Shown: positions 30,339 to 44,700 of the stretch, piece after piece
Layout of the letters: every line of letters begins with the position of its first letter
How positions within the stretch are numbered: the first letter of the stretch is position 1
Assembly (NCBI RefSeq): GCF_009914755.1
Contig: NC_060925.1
Strand: one strand, 5' to 3'
DNA from: the human T2T-CHM13v2.0 reference genome, Homo sapiens
Length of the DNA stretch: 64,000 nucleotides
Program-made: the position numbers and the translations under genes
Notes under the pieces: model-generated
The model's input: the letters and a program-made list of their open reading frames with translations, nothing else
The model's database searches: none
Told to the model about the DNA's origin: nothing

Positions 30339-33300
30339 ATGGAATCGTCATCGAATGAATTGAATGCAATCATCGAATGGTCTCGAATGGAATCATCTTC
30401 TAATGGAAAGGAATGGAATCATCGCATAGAATCGAATGGAATTATCATCGAATGGAATCGAATGGTATCAACACCAAACGGAAAAAAACGGAATTATCGA
30501 ATGGAATCGAAGAGAATCTTCGAACGGACCCGAATGGAATCATCTAATGGAATGGAATGGAATAATCCATGGACTCGAATGCAATCATCATCGAATGGAA
30601 TCGAATGGAATCATCGAATGGACTCGAATGGAATAATCATTGAACGGAATCGAATGGAATCATCATCGGATGGAAACGAATGGAATCATCATCGAATGGA
30701 AATGAAAGGAGTCATCATCTAATGGAATTGCATGGAATCATCATAAAATGGAATCGAATGGAATCAACATCAAATGGAATCAAATGGAATCATTGAACGG
30801 AATTGAATGGAATCGTCATCGAATGAATTGACTGCAATCATCGAATGGTCTCGAATGGAATCATCTTCAAATGGAATGGAATGGAATCATCGCATACAAT
30901 CGAATGGAATTATCATCGAATGGAATCGAATGGAATCAACATCCAACGGAAAAAAACGGAATTATCGAATGGAATCGAAGAGAATCATCGAATGGACCCG
31001 AATGGAATCATCTAATGGAATGGAATGGAATAATCCATGGACTCGAATGCAATCATCATCGAATGGAATCGAATGGAATCATCGAATGGACTCGAATGGA
31101 ATAATCATTGAACGGAATCGAATGGAATCGTCATCGGATGGAAATGAATGGAATCATCATCGAATGGAATCGAATAGAATTATGGAATGAAATCCAGTGT
31201 GATCATCATCGAATGGACCCGAATGGAATCATCATCCAACGGAAGCTAATGGAATCAACATCGAATGAATCGAATGGAAACACCATCGAATTGAAACGAA
31301 TGGAATTACCATGAAATTGAAATGGATGGACTCATCATCGAATGGATTCGAATGGAATCATCGAATAAAATTGATTGAAATCATCATCGAATGGTATCGA
31401 ATGGTATCATTGAATGGAATCGAATGGAATCATCCTCAGATGGAAATGAATGGAATCGTCATAGAATGGAATCGAATGGATTCATTGAATGGAATCAGAT
31501 GGAATCATCGAATGGACTGGAATGGAATCATTGAATGGACTCGAAAGGGATCATGATTGAATGGAATTGAATGGAATCATCGAATGGTCTCGATTGGAAT
31601 CATTATCAAATGGAATCGAATGGAATCACCGAATAGAATCGAATGGAACAATCATCGAATGGACTCAAATGGAATTATCCTCCAATGGAATCGAATGGAA
31701 TTATCGAATGCAATCGAATGGAATTATCGAATGCAATCGAATAGAATCATCGAATGGACTCGAATGGAATCATCGAATGGAATGGAATGGAACAGTCAAT
31801 GAACTCGAATGGAATCATCATTGAATGGAATCGAATGGAATCATCGAGTGGAATCGAATGGAATTATGATCAAATGGAATCGAATGTAATCATCATCAAA
31901 TGGAATCAAAAATAACCATCATCAATTGGTATTGAATGGAATTGTCATCAAATGGAATTCAAAGGAATCAATATCAAATGGAACCGAATGGAATCCTCAT
32001 TGAATGGAAATGAAAGGGGTCATCATCTAATGGAATCGCATGGAATCATCATCAAATGGAATCGAATGGAATCATCATCAAATGGAATCTAATGGAATCA
32101 TTGAACAGAATTGAATGGAATCGTCATCGAATGAATTGAATGCAATCATCGAATGGTCTCGAATGGAATCATCTTCTAATGGAAAGGAATGGAATCATCG
32201 CATAGAATCGAATGGAATTATCATCGAATGGAATCGAATGGTATCAACACCAAACGGAAAAAAACGGAATTATCGAATGGAATCGAAGAGAATCTTCTAA
32301 CGGACCCGAATGGAATCATCTAATGGAATGGAATGGAATAATCCATGGACTCGAATGCAATCATCATCGAATGGAATCGAATGGAACCATCGAATGGACT
32401 CGAATGGAATAATCATTGAACGGAATCGAATGGAATCATCATCGGATGGAAACGAATGGAATCATCATCGAATGGAAATGAAAGGAGTCATCATCTAATG
32501 GAATTGCATGGAATCATCATAAAATGGAATCGAATGGAATCAACATCAAATGGAATCAAATGGAATCATTGAACGGAATTGAATGGAATCGTCATCGAAT
32601 GAATTGACTGCAATCATCCAATGGTCTCGAATGGAATCATCTTCAAATGGAATGGAATGGAATCATCGCAGAGAATCGAATGGAATTATCATCGAATGGA
32701 ATCGAATGGAATCAACATCAAACGGAAAAAAACGGAATTATCGAATGGAATCGAAGAGAATCATCGAATGGACCCGAATGGAATCATCTAATGGAATGGA
32801 ATGGAATAATCCATGGACTCGAATGCAATCATCATCGAATGGAATCGAATGGAATCATCGAATGGACTCGAATGGAATAATCATTGAACGGAATCGAATG
32901 GAATCATCATCGGATGGAAATGAATGGAATCATCATCGAATGGAATCGAATAGAATTATGGAATGAAATCCAGTGTGATCATCATCGAATGGACCCGAAT
33001 GGAATCATCATCCAACGGAAGCTAATGGAATCAACATCGAATGAATCGAATGGAAACACCATCGAATTGAAACGAATGGAATTATCATGAAATTGAAATA
33101 GATGGACTCATCATCGAATGGATTCGAATGGAATCATCGAATAAAATTGATTGAAATCATCATCGAATGGAATCGAATGGTATCATTGAATGGAATCGAA
33201 TGGAATCATCATCAGATGGAAATGAATGGAATCGTCATAGAATGGAATCGAATGGATTCATTGAATGGAATCAGATGGAATCATCGAATGGACTGGAATG

Positions 33301-35666
33301 GAATCATTGAATGGACTCGAAAGGGATCATGATTGAATGGAATTGAATGGAATCATCGAATGGTCTCGATTGGAATCATTATCAAATGGAATCGAATGGA
33401 ATCACCGAATAGAATCGAATGGAACAATCATCGAATGGACTCAAATGGAATTATCCTCAAATGGAATCGAATGGAATTATCGAATGCAATCGAATGGAAT
33501 TTTCGAATGCAATCGAATAGAATCATCGAATGGACTCGAATGGAATCATCGAATGGAATGGAATGGAACAGTCAATGAACACGAATGGAATCATCATTGA
33601 ATGGAATCGAATGGAATCATCGAGTGGAATCGAATTGAATTATGATCAAATGGAATCGAATGTAATCATCATCAAATGGAATCAAAAATAACCATCATCA
33701 ATTGCTATTGAATGGAATTGTCATCAAATGGAATTCAAAGGAATCATCATCAAATGGAACCGAATGGAATCCTCATTGAATGGAAATGAAAGGGGTCATC
33801 ATCTAATGGAATCGCATGGAATCATCATCAAATGGAATCAAATGGAATCATCATCAAATGGAATCTAATGGAATCATTGAACAGAATTGAATGGAATCGT
33901 CATCGAATGAATTGAATGCAATCATCGAATGGTCTCGAATGGAATCATCTTCTAATGGAAAGGAATGGAATCATCGCATAGAATCGAATGGAATTATCAT
34001 CGAATGGAATCGAATGGTATCAACACCAAACGGAAAAAAACGGAATTATCGAATGGAATCAAAGAGAATCTTCGAACGGACCCGAATGGAATCATCTAAT
34101 GGAATGGAATGGAATAATCCATGGACTCGAATGCAATCATCATCGAATGGAATCGAATGGAATCATCGAATGGACTCGAATGGAATAATCATTGAACGGA
34201 ATCGAATGGAATCATCATCGGATGGAAACGAATGGAATCATCATCGAATGGAAATGAAAGGAGTCATCATCTAATGCAATTGCATGGAATCATCATCAAA
34301 TGGAATCGAATGGAATCAACATCAAATGGAATCTAATGGAATCATTGAACAGAATTGAATGGAATCGTCATCGAATGAATTGACTGCAATCATCGAATGG
34401 TCTCGAATGGAATCATCTTCAAATGGAATGGAATGGAATCATCGCATAGAATCGAATGGAATTATCATCGAATGGAATCGAATGGAATCAACATCAAACG
34501 GAAAAAAACAGAATTATCGAATGGAATCGAAGAGTATCATCGCATGGACCCGAATGGAATCATCTAATGGAATGGAATGGAATAATCCATGGACTCGAAT
34601 GCAATCATCATCGAATGGAATCGAATGGAATCATCGAGTGGACTCGAATGGAATAATCATTGAACGGAATCGAATGGAATCATCATCGGATGGAAATGAA
34701 TGGAATCATCATCGAATGGAATCGAATAGAATTATGGAATGAAATCCAGTGTGATCATCATCGAATGGACCCGAATGGAATCATCATCCAACGGAAGCTA
34801 ATGGAATCAACATCGAATGTATCAAATGGAAACACCATCGAATTGAAACGAATGGAATTATCATGAAATTGAAATGGATGGACTCATCATCGAATGGATT
34901 CGAATGGAATCATCGAATAAAATTGATTGAAATCATCATCGAATGGAATCGAATGGTATCATTGAATGGAATCGAATGGAATCATCATCAGATGGAAATG
35001 AATGGAATCGTCATAGAATGGAATCGAATGGATTCATTGAATGGAATCAGATGGAATCATCGAATGGACTGGAATGGAATCATTGAATGGACTCGAAAGG
35101 GATCATGATTGAATGGAATTGAATGGAATCATCGAATGGTCTCGATTGGAATCATTATCAAATGGAATCGAATGGAATCACCGAATAGAATCGAATGGAA
35201 CAATCATCGAATGGACTCAAATGGAATTATCCTCAAATGGAATCGAATGGAATTATCGAATGCAATCTAATGGAATTATCGAATGCAATCGAATAGAATC
35301 ATCGAATGGACTCGAATGGAATCATCGAATGGAATGGAATGGAACAGTCAATGAACTCGAATGGAATCATCATTGAATGGAATCGAATGGAATCATCGAG
35401 TGGAATCGAATGGAATTATGATCAAATGCAATCGAATGTAATCCTCATCAAATGGAATCAAAAATAACCATCATCAATTGGTATTGAATGGAATTGTCAT
35501 CAAATGGAATTCAAAGGAATCATCATCAAATGGAACCGAATGGAATCCTCATTGAATGGAAATGAAAGGGGTCATCATCTAATGGAATCGCATGGAATCA
35601 TCATCAAATGGAATCGAATGGAATCATCATCAAATGGAATCTAATGGAATCATTGAACAGAATTGA

Positions 35667-36729
35667 ATGGAATCGTCATCGAATGAATTGAATGCAATCA
35701 TCGAATGGTCTCGAATGGAATCATCTTCTAATGGAAAGGAATGGAATCATCGCATAGAATCGAATGGAATTATCATTGAATGGAATCGAATGGTATCAAC
35801 ACCAAACGGAAAAAAACGGAATTATCGAATGGAATCGAAGAGAATCTTCGAACGGACCCGAATGGAATCATCTAATGGAATGGAATGGAATAATCCATGG
35901 ACTCGAATGCAATCATCATCGAATGGAATCGAATGGAATCATCGAATGGACACGAATGGAATAATCATTGAACGGAATCGAATGGAATCATCATCGGATG
36001 GAAACGAATGGAATCATCATCGAATGGAAATGAAAGGAGTCATCATCTAATGGAATTCCATGGAATCATCATAAAATGGAATCGAATGGAATCAACATCA
36101 AATCGAATCAAACGGAATCATTGAACAGAATTGAATGGAATCGTCATCGAATGAATTGACTGCAATCATCGAATGGTCTCGAATGGAATCATCTTCAAAT
36201 GGAATGGAATGGAATCATCGCATAGAATCGAATGGAATTATCACCGAATGGAATCGAATGGAATCAACATCAAACGGAAAAAAACGGAATTATCGAATGG
36301 AATCGAAGAGAATCATCGAATGGACCCGAATGGAATCATCTAATGGAATGGAATGGAATAATCCATGGACTCGAATGCAATCATCATCGAATGGAATCGA
36401 ATGGAATCATCGAATGAACTCGAATGGAATCATCATTGAATGGAATCGAATGGAATCATCGAGTGGAATCGAATGGAATTATGATCAAATGGAATCGAAT
36501 GTAATCATCATCAAATGGAATCAAAAATAACCATCATCAATTGGTATTGAATGGAATTGTCATCAAATGGAATTCAAAGGAATCATCATCAAATGGAACC
36601 GAATGGAATCCTCATTGAATGGAAATGAAAGGGGTCATCATCTAATGGAATCGCATGGAATCATCATCAAATGGAATCGAATGGAATCATCATCAAATGG
36701 AATCTAATGGAATCATTGAACAGAATTGA
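35667..36729 (+). repeat. 1063-bp variant unit, copy 3
   Basis: Same junction at about 36413-36417. Confidence 0.92.
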
Positions 36730-39700
36730 ATGGAATCGTCATCGAATGAATTGAATGCAATCATCGAATGGTCTCGAATGGAATCATCTTCTAATGGAAA
36801 GGAATGGAATCATCGCATAGAATCGAATGGAATTATCATCGAATGGAATCGAATGGTATCAACACCAAACGGAAAAAAACGGAATTATCGAATGGAATCG
36901 AAGAGAATCTTCGAACGGACCCGAATGGAATCATCTAATGGAATGGAATGGAATAATCCATGGACTCGAATGCAATCATCATCGAATGGAATCGAATGGA
37001 ATCATCGAATGGACTCGAATGGAATAATCATTGAAAGGAATCGAATGGAATCATCATCGGATGGAAACGAATGGAATCATCATCGAATGGAAATGAAAGG
37101 AGTCATCATCTAATGCAATTGCATGGAATCATCATCAAACGGAATCGAATGGAATCAACATCAAATGGAATCTAATGGAATCATTGAACAGAATTGAATG
37201 GAATCGTCATCGAATGAATTGACTGCAATCATCGAATGGTCTCGAATGGAATCATCTTCAAATGGAATGGAATGGAATCATCGCATAGAATCGAATGGAA
37301 TTATCATCGAATGGAATCGAATGGAATCAACATCAAACGGAAAAAAACGGAATTATCGAATGGAATCGAAGAGAATCATCGAATGGACCCGAATGGAATC
37401 ATCTAATGGAATGGAATGGAATAATCCATGGACTCGAATGCAATCATCATCGAATGGAATCGAATGGAATCATCGAGTGGACTCGAATGGAATAATCATT
37501 GAACGGAATCGAATGGAATCATCATCGGATGGAAATGAATGGAATCATCATCGAATGGAATCGAATAGAATTATGGAATGAAATCCAGTGTGATCATCAT
37601 CGAATGGACCCGAATGGAATCATCATCCAACGGAAGCTAATGGAATCAACATCGAATGAATCAAATGGAAACACCATCGAATTGAAACGAATGGAATTAT
37701 CATGAAATTGAAATGGATGGACTCATCATCGAATGGATTCGAATGGAATCATCGAATAAAATTGATTGAAATCATCATCGAATGGAATCGAATGGTATCA
37801 TTGAATGGAATCGAATGGAATCATCATCAGATGGAAATGAATGGAATCGTCATAGAATGGAATCGAATGGATTCATTGAATGGAATCAGATGGAATCATC
37901 GAATGGACTGGAATGGAATCATTTAATGGACTCGAAAGGGATCATGATTGAATGGAATTGAATGGAATCATCGAATGGTCTCGATTGGAATCATTATCAA
38001 ATGGAATCGAATGGAATCACCGAATAGAATCGAATGGAACAATCATCGAATGGACTCAAATGGAATTATCCTCAAATGGAATCGAATGGAATTATCGAAT
38101 GCAATCGAATGGAATTATTGAATGCAATCGAATAGAATCATCGAATGGACTCGAATGGAATCATCGAATGGAATGGAATGGAACAGTCAATGAACTCGAA
38201 TGGAATCATCATTGAATGGAATCGAATGGAATCATCAAGTGGAATCGAATGGAATTATGATCAAATGGAATCGAATGTAATCATCATCAAATGGAATCAA
38301 AAATAACCATCATCAATTGGTATTGAATGGAATTGTCATCAAATGGAATTCAAAGGAATCATCATCAAATGGAACCGAATGGAATCCTCATTGAATGGAA
38401 ATGAAAGGGGTCATCATCTAATGGAATCGCATGGAATCATCATCAAATGGAATCGAATGGAATCATCATCAAATGGAATCTAATGGAATCATTGAACAGA
38501 ATTGAATGGAATCGTCATCGAATGAATTGAATGCAATCATCGAATGGTCTCGAATGGAATCATCTTCTAATGGAAAGGAATGGAATCATCGCATAGAATC
38601 GAATGGAATTATCATCGAATGGAATTGAATGGTATCAACACCAAACGGAAAAAAACGGAATTATCGAATGGAATCGAAGAGAATCTTCGAACGGACCCGA
38701 ATGGAATCATCTAATGGAATGGAATGGAATAATCCATGGACTCGAATGCAATCATCATCGAATGGAATCGAATGGAATCATCGAATGGACTCGAATGGAA
38801 TAATCATTGAACGGAATCGAATGGAATCATCATCGGATGGAAACGAATGGAATCATCATCGAATGGAAATGAAAGGAGTCATCATCTAATGGAATTGCAT
38901 GGAATCATCATAAAATGGAATCGAATGGAATCAACATCAAATCGAATCAAACGGAATCATTGAACGGAATTGAATGGAATCGTCATCGAATGAATTGACT
39001 GCAATCATCGAATGGTCTCGAATGGAATCATCTTCAAATGGAATGGAATGGAATCATCGCATAGAATCGAATGGAATTATCACCGAATGGAATCGAATGG
39101 AATCAACATCAAACGGAAAAAAACGGAATTATCGAATGGAATCGAAGAGAATCATCGAATGGACCCGAATGGAATCATCTAATGGAATGGAATGGAATAA
39201 TCCATGGACTCGAATGCAATCATCATCGAATGGAATCGAATGGAATCATCGAATGAACTCGAATGGAATCATCATTGAATGGAATCGAATGGAATCATCG
39301 AGTGGAATCGAATGGAATTATGATCAAATGGAATCGAATGTAATCATCATCAAATGGAATCAAAAATAACCATCATCAATTGGTATTGAATGGAATTGTC
39401 ATCAAATGGAATTCAAAGGAATCATCATCAAATGGAACCGAATGGAATCCTCATTGAATGGAAATGAAAGGGGTCATCATCTAATGGAATCGCATGGAAT
39501 CATCATCAAATGGAATCGAATGGAATCATCATCAAATGGAATCTAATGGAATCATTGAACAGAATTGAATGGAATCGTCATCGAATGAATTGAATGCAAT
39601 CATCGAATGGTCTCGAATGGAATCATCTTCTAATGGAAAGGAATGGAATCATCGCATAGAATCGAATGGAATTATCATCGAATGGAATCGAATGGTATCA

Positions 39701-41781
39701 ACACCAAACGGAAAAAAACGGAATTATCGAATGGAATCGAAGAGAATCTTCGAACGGACCCGAATGGAATCATCTAATGGAATGGAATGGAATAATCCAT
39801 GGACTCGAATGCAATCATCATCGAATGGAATCGAATGGAATCATCGAATGGACTCGAATGGAATAATCATTGAAAGGAATCGAATGGAATCATCATCGGA
39901 TGGAAACGAATGGAATCATCATCGAATGGAAATGAAAGGAGTCATCATCTAATGCAATTGCATGGAATCATCATCAAACGGAATCGAATGGAATCAACAT
40001 CAAATGGAATCTAATGGAATCATTGAACAGAATTGAATGGAATCGTCATCGAATGAATTGACTGCAATCATCGAATGGTCTCGAATGGAATCATCTTCAA
40101 ATGGAATGGAATGGAATCATCGCATAGAATCGAATGGAATTATCATCGAATGGAATCGAATGGAATCAACATCAAACGGAAAAAAACGGAATTATCGAAT
40201 GGAATCGAAGAGAATCATCGAATGGACCCGAATGGAATCATCTAATGGAATGGAATGGAATAATCCATGGACTCGAATGCAATCATCATCGAATGGAATC
40301 GAATGGAATCATCGAGTGGACTCGAATGGAATAATCATTGAACGGAATCGAATGGAATCATCATCGGATGGAAATGAATGGAATCATCATCGAATGGAAT
40401 CGAATAGAATTATGGAATGAAATCCAGTGTGATCATCATCGAATGGACCCGAATGGAATCATCATCCAACGGAAGCTAATGGAATCAACATCGAATGAAT
40501 CAAATGGAAACACCATCGAATTGAAACGAATGGAATTATCATGAAATTGAAATGGATGGACTCATCATCGAATGGATTCGAATGGAATCATCGAATAAAA
40601 TTGATTGAAATCATCATCGAATGGAATCGAATGGTATCATTGAATGGAATCGAATGGAATCATCATCAGATGGAAATGAATGGAATCGTCATAGAATGGA
40701 ATCGAATGGATTCATTGAATGGAATCAGATGGAATCATCGAATGGACTGGAATGGAATCATTTAATGGACTCGAAAGGGATCATGATTGAATGGAATTGA
40801 ATGGAATCATCGAATGGTCTCGATTGGAATCATTATCAAATGGAATCGAATGGAATCACCGAATAGAATCGAATGGAACAATCATCGAATGGACTCAAAT
40901 GGAATTATCCTCAAATGGAATCGAATGGAATTATCGAATGCAATCGAATGGAATTATTGAATGCAATCGAATAGAATCATCGAATGGACTCGAATGGAAT
41001 CATCGAATGGAATGGAATGGAACAGTCAATGAACTCGAATGGAATCATCATTGAATGGAATCGAATGGAATCATCAAGTGGAATCGAATGGAATTATGAT
41101 CAAATGGAATCGAATGTAATCATCATCAAATGGAATCAAAAATAACCATCATCAATTGGTATTGAATGGAATTGTCATCAAATGGAATTCAAAGGAATCA
41201 TCATCAAATGGAACCGAATGGAATCCTCATTGAATGGAAATGAAAGGGGTCATCATCTAATGGAATCGCATGGAATCATCATCAAATGGAATCGAATGGA
41301 ATCATCATCAAATGGAATCTAATGGAATCATTGAACAGAATTGAATGGAATCGTCATCGAATGAATTGAATGCAATCATCGAATGGTCTCGAATGGAATC
41401 ATCTTCTAATGGAAAGGAATGGAATCATCGCATAGAATCGAATGGAATTATCATCGAATGGAATTGAATGGTATCAACACCAAACGGAAAAAAACGGAAT
41501 TATCGAATGGAATCGAAGAGAATCTTCGAACGGACCCGAATGGAATCATCTAATGGAATGGAATGGAATAATCCATGGACTCGAATGCAATCATCATCGA
41601 ATGGAATCGAATGGAATCATCGAATGGACTCGAATGGAATAATCATTGAACGGAATCGAATGGAATCATCATCGGATGGAAACGAATGGAATCATCATCG
41701 AATGGAAATGAAAGGAGTCATCATCTAATGGAATTGCATGGAATCATCATAAAATGGAATCGAATGGAATCAACATCAAAT
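36128..41781 (+). repeat. Tandem duplication, period 2839 bp (1063+1776), about 2 copies
   Basis: Rare variants are paired at +2839: ATTTAATGG (~37921/40760), GGAATTATTG (~38111/40950), ATCAAGTGG (~38234/41073) and GGAATTGAATGGTATC (~38621/41460). Confidence 0.9.
38506..39568 (+). repeat. 1063-bp variant unit, copy 4
   Basis: Same junction at about 39252-39256. Confidence 0.92.
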
Positions 41782-41799
41782 GGAATCAAATGGAATCAT

Positions 41800-44700
41800 T
41801 GAACGGAATTGAATGGAATCGTCATCGAATGAATTGACTGCAATCATCGAATGGTCTCGAATGGAATCATCTTCAAATGGAATGGAATGGAATCATCGCA
41901 TAGAATTGAATGGAATTATCATCGAATGGAATGGAATGGAATCAACATCAAACGGAAAAAAACGGAATTATCGAATGGAATCGAACAGAATCATCGAATG
42001 GACCCGAATGGAATCATCTAATGGAATGGAATGGAATAATCCATGGACTCGAATGCAATCATCATCCAATGGAATCGAATGGAATCATCGAATGGACTCG
42101 AATGGAATAATCATTGAACGGAATCGAATGGAATCATCATCGGATGGAAATGAATGGAATCATCATCGAATGGAATCGAATAGAATTATGGAATGAAATC
42201 CAGTGTGATCATCATCGAATGGACCCGAATGGAATCATCATCCAACGGAAGCTAATGGAATCAACATCGAATGAATCGAATGGAAACACCATCGAATTGA
42301 AACGAATGGAATTATCATGAAATTGAAATGGAAGGACTCATCATCGAATGGATTCGAATGGAATCATCGAATAAAATTGATTGAAATCATCATCGAATGG
42401 AATCGAATGGTATCATTGAATGGAATCGAATGGAATCATAATCAGATGGAAATGAATGGAATCGTCATAGAATGGAATCGAATGGATTCATTGAATGGAA
42501 TCAGATGGAATCATCGAATGGACTGGAATGGAATCATTGAATGGACTTGAAAGGGATCATGATTGAATGGAATTGAATGGAATCATCGAATGGTCTCGAT
42601 TGGAATCATTATCAAATGGAATCGAATGGAATCACCGAATAGAATCGAATGGAACAATCATCGAATGGACTCAAATGGAATTATCCTCAAATGGAATCGA
42701 ATGGAATTATCGAATGCAATCGAATGGAATTATCGAATGCAATCGAATAGAATCATCGAATGGACTCGAATGGAATCATCGAATGGAATGGAATGGAACA
42801 GTCAATGAACACGAATGGAATCATCATTGAATGGAATCGAATGGAATCATCGAGTGGAATCGAATGGAATTATGATCAAATGGAATCGAATGTAATCATC
42901 ATCAAATGGAATCAAAAATAACCATCATCAATTGGTATTGAATGGAATTGTCATCAAATGGAATTCAAAGGAATCATCATCAAATGGAACCGAATGGAAT
43001 CCTCATTGAATGGAAATGAAAGGGGTCATCGTCTTATGGAATCGCATGGAATCATCATCAAATGGAATCGAATGGAATCATCATCAAATGGAATCTAATG
43101 GAATCATTGAACAGAATTGAATGGAATCGTCATCGAATGAATTGAATGCAATCATCGAATGGTCTCGAATGGAATCATCTTCTAATGGAAAGGAATGGAA
43201 TCATCGCATAGAATCGAATGGAATTATCATCGAATGGAATCGAATGGTATCAACACCAAACGGAAAAAAACGGAATTATCGAATGGAATCGAAGAGAATC
43301 TTCGAACGGACCCGAATGGAATCATCTAATGGAATGGAATGGAATAATCCATGGACTCGAATGCAATCATCATCGAATGGAATCGAATGGAATCATCGAA
43401 TGGACTCGAATGGAATAATCATTGAAAGGAATCGAATGGAATCATCATCGGATGGAAACGAATGGAATCATCATCGAATGGAAATGAAAGGAGTCATCAT
43501 CTAATGCAATTGCATGGAATCATCATCAAATGGAATCGAATGGAATCAACATCAAATGGAATCTAATGGAATCATTGAACAGAATTGAATGGAATCGTCA
43601 TCGAATGAATTGACTGCAATCATCGAATGGTCTCGAATGGAATCATCTTCAAATGGAATGGAATGGAATCATCGCATAGAATCGAATGGAATTATCATCG
43701 AATGGAATCGAATGGAATCAACATCAAACGGAAAAAAACGGAATTATCGAATGGAATCGAAGAGAATCATCGAATGGACCCGAATGGAATCATCTAATGG
43801 AATGGAATGGAATAATCCATGGACTCGAATGCAATCATCATCGAATGGAATCGAATGGAATCATCGAGTGGACTCGAATGGAATAATCATTGAACGGAAT
43901 CGAATGGAATCATCATCGGATGGAAATGAATGGAATCATCATCGAATGGAATCGAATAGAATTATGGAATTAAATCCAGTGTGATCATCATCGAATGGAC
44001 CCGAATGGAATCATCATCCAACGGAAGCTAATGGAATCAACATCGAATGAATCAAATGGAAACACCATCGAATTGAAACGAATGGAATTATCATGAAATT
44101 GAAATGGATGGACTCATCATCGAATGGATTCGAATGGAATCATCGAATAAAATTGATTGAAATCATCATCGAATGGAATCGAATGGTATCATTGAATGGA
44201 ATCGAATGGAATCATCATCAGATGGAAATGAATGGAATCGTCATAGAATGGAATCGAATGGATTCATTGAATGGAATCAGATGGAATCATCGAATGGACT
44301 GGAATGGAATCATTGAATGGACTCGAAAGGGATCATGATTGAATGGAATTGAATGGAATCATCGAATGGTCTCGATTGGAATCATTATCAAATGGAATCG
44401 AATGGAATCACCGAATAGAATCGAATGGAACAATCATCGAATGGACTCAAATGGAATTATCCTCAAATGGAATCGAATGGAATTATCGAATGCAATCGAA
44501 TGGAATTATCGAATGCAATCGAATAGAATCATCGAATGGACTCGAATGGAATCATCGAATGGAATGGAATGGAACAGTCAATGAACTCGAATGGAATCAT
44601 CATTGAATGGAATCGAATGGAATCATCGAGTGGAATCGAATGGAATTATGATCAAATGGAATCGAATGTAATCATCATCAAATGGAATCAAAAATAACCA

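Noticed and set aside
2087-36058. Extra EcoRI sites at 2087 and 36053
   Set aside because: They are single private substitutions, useful only as markers.
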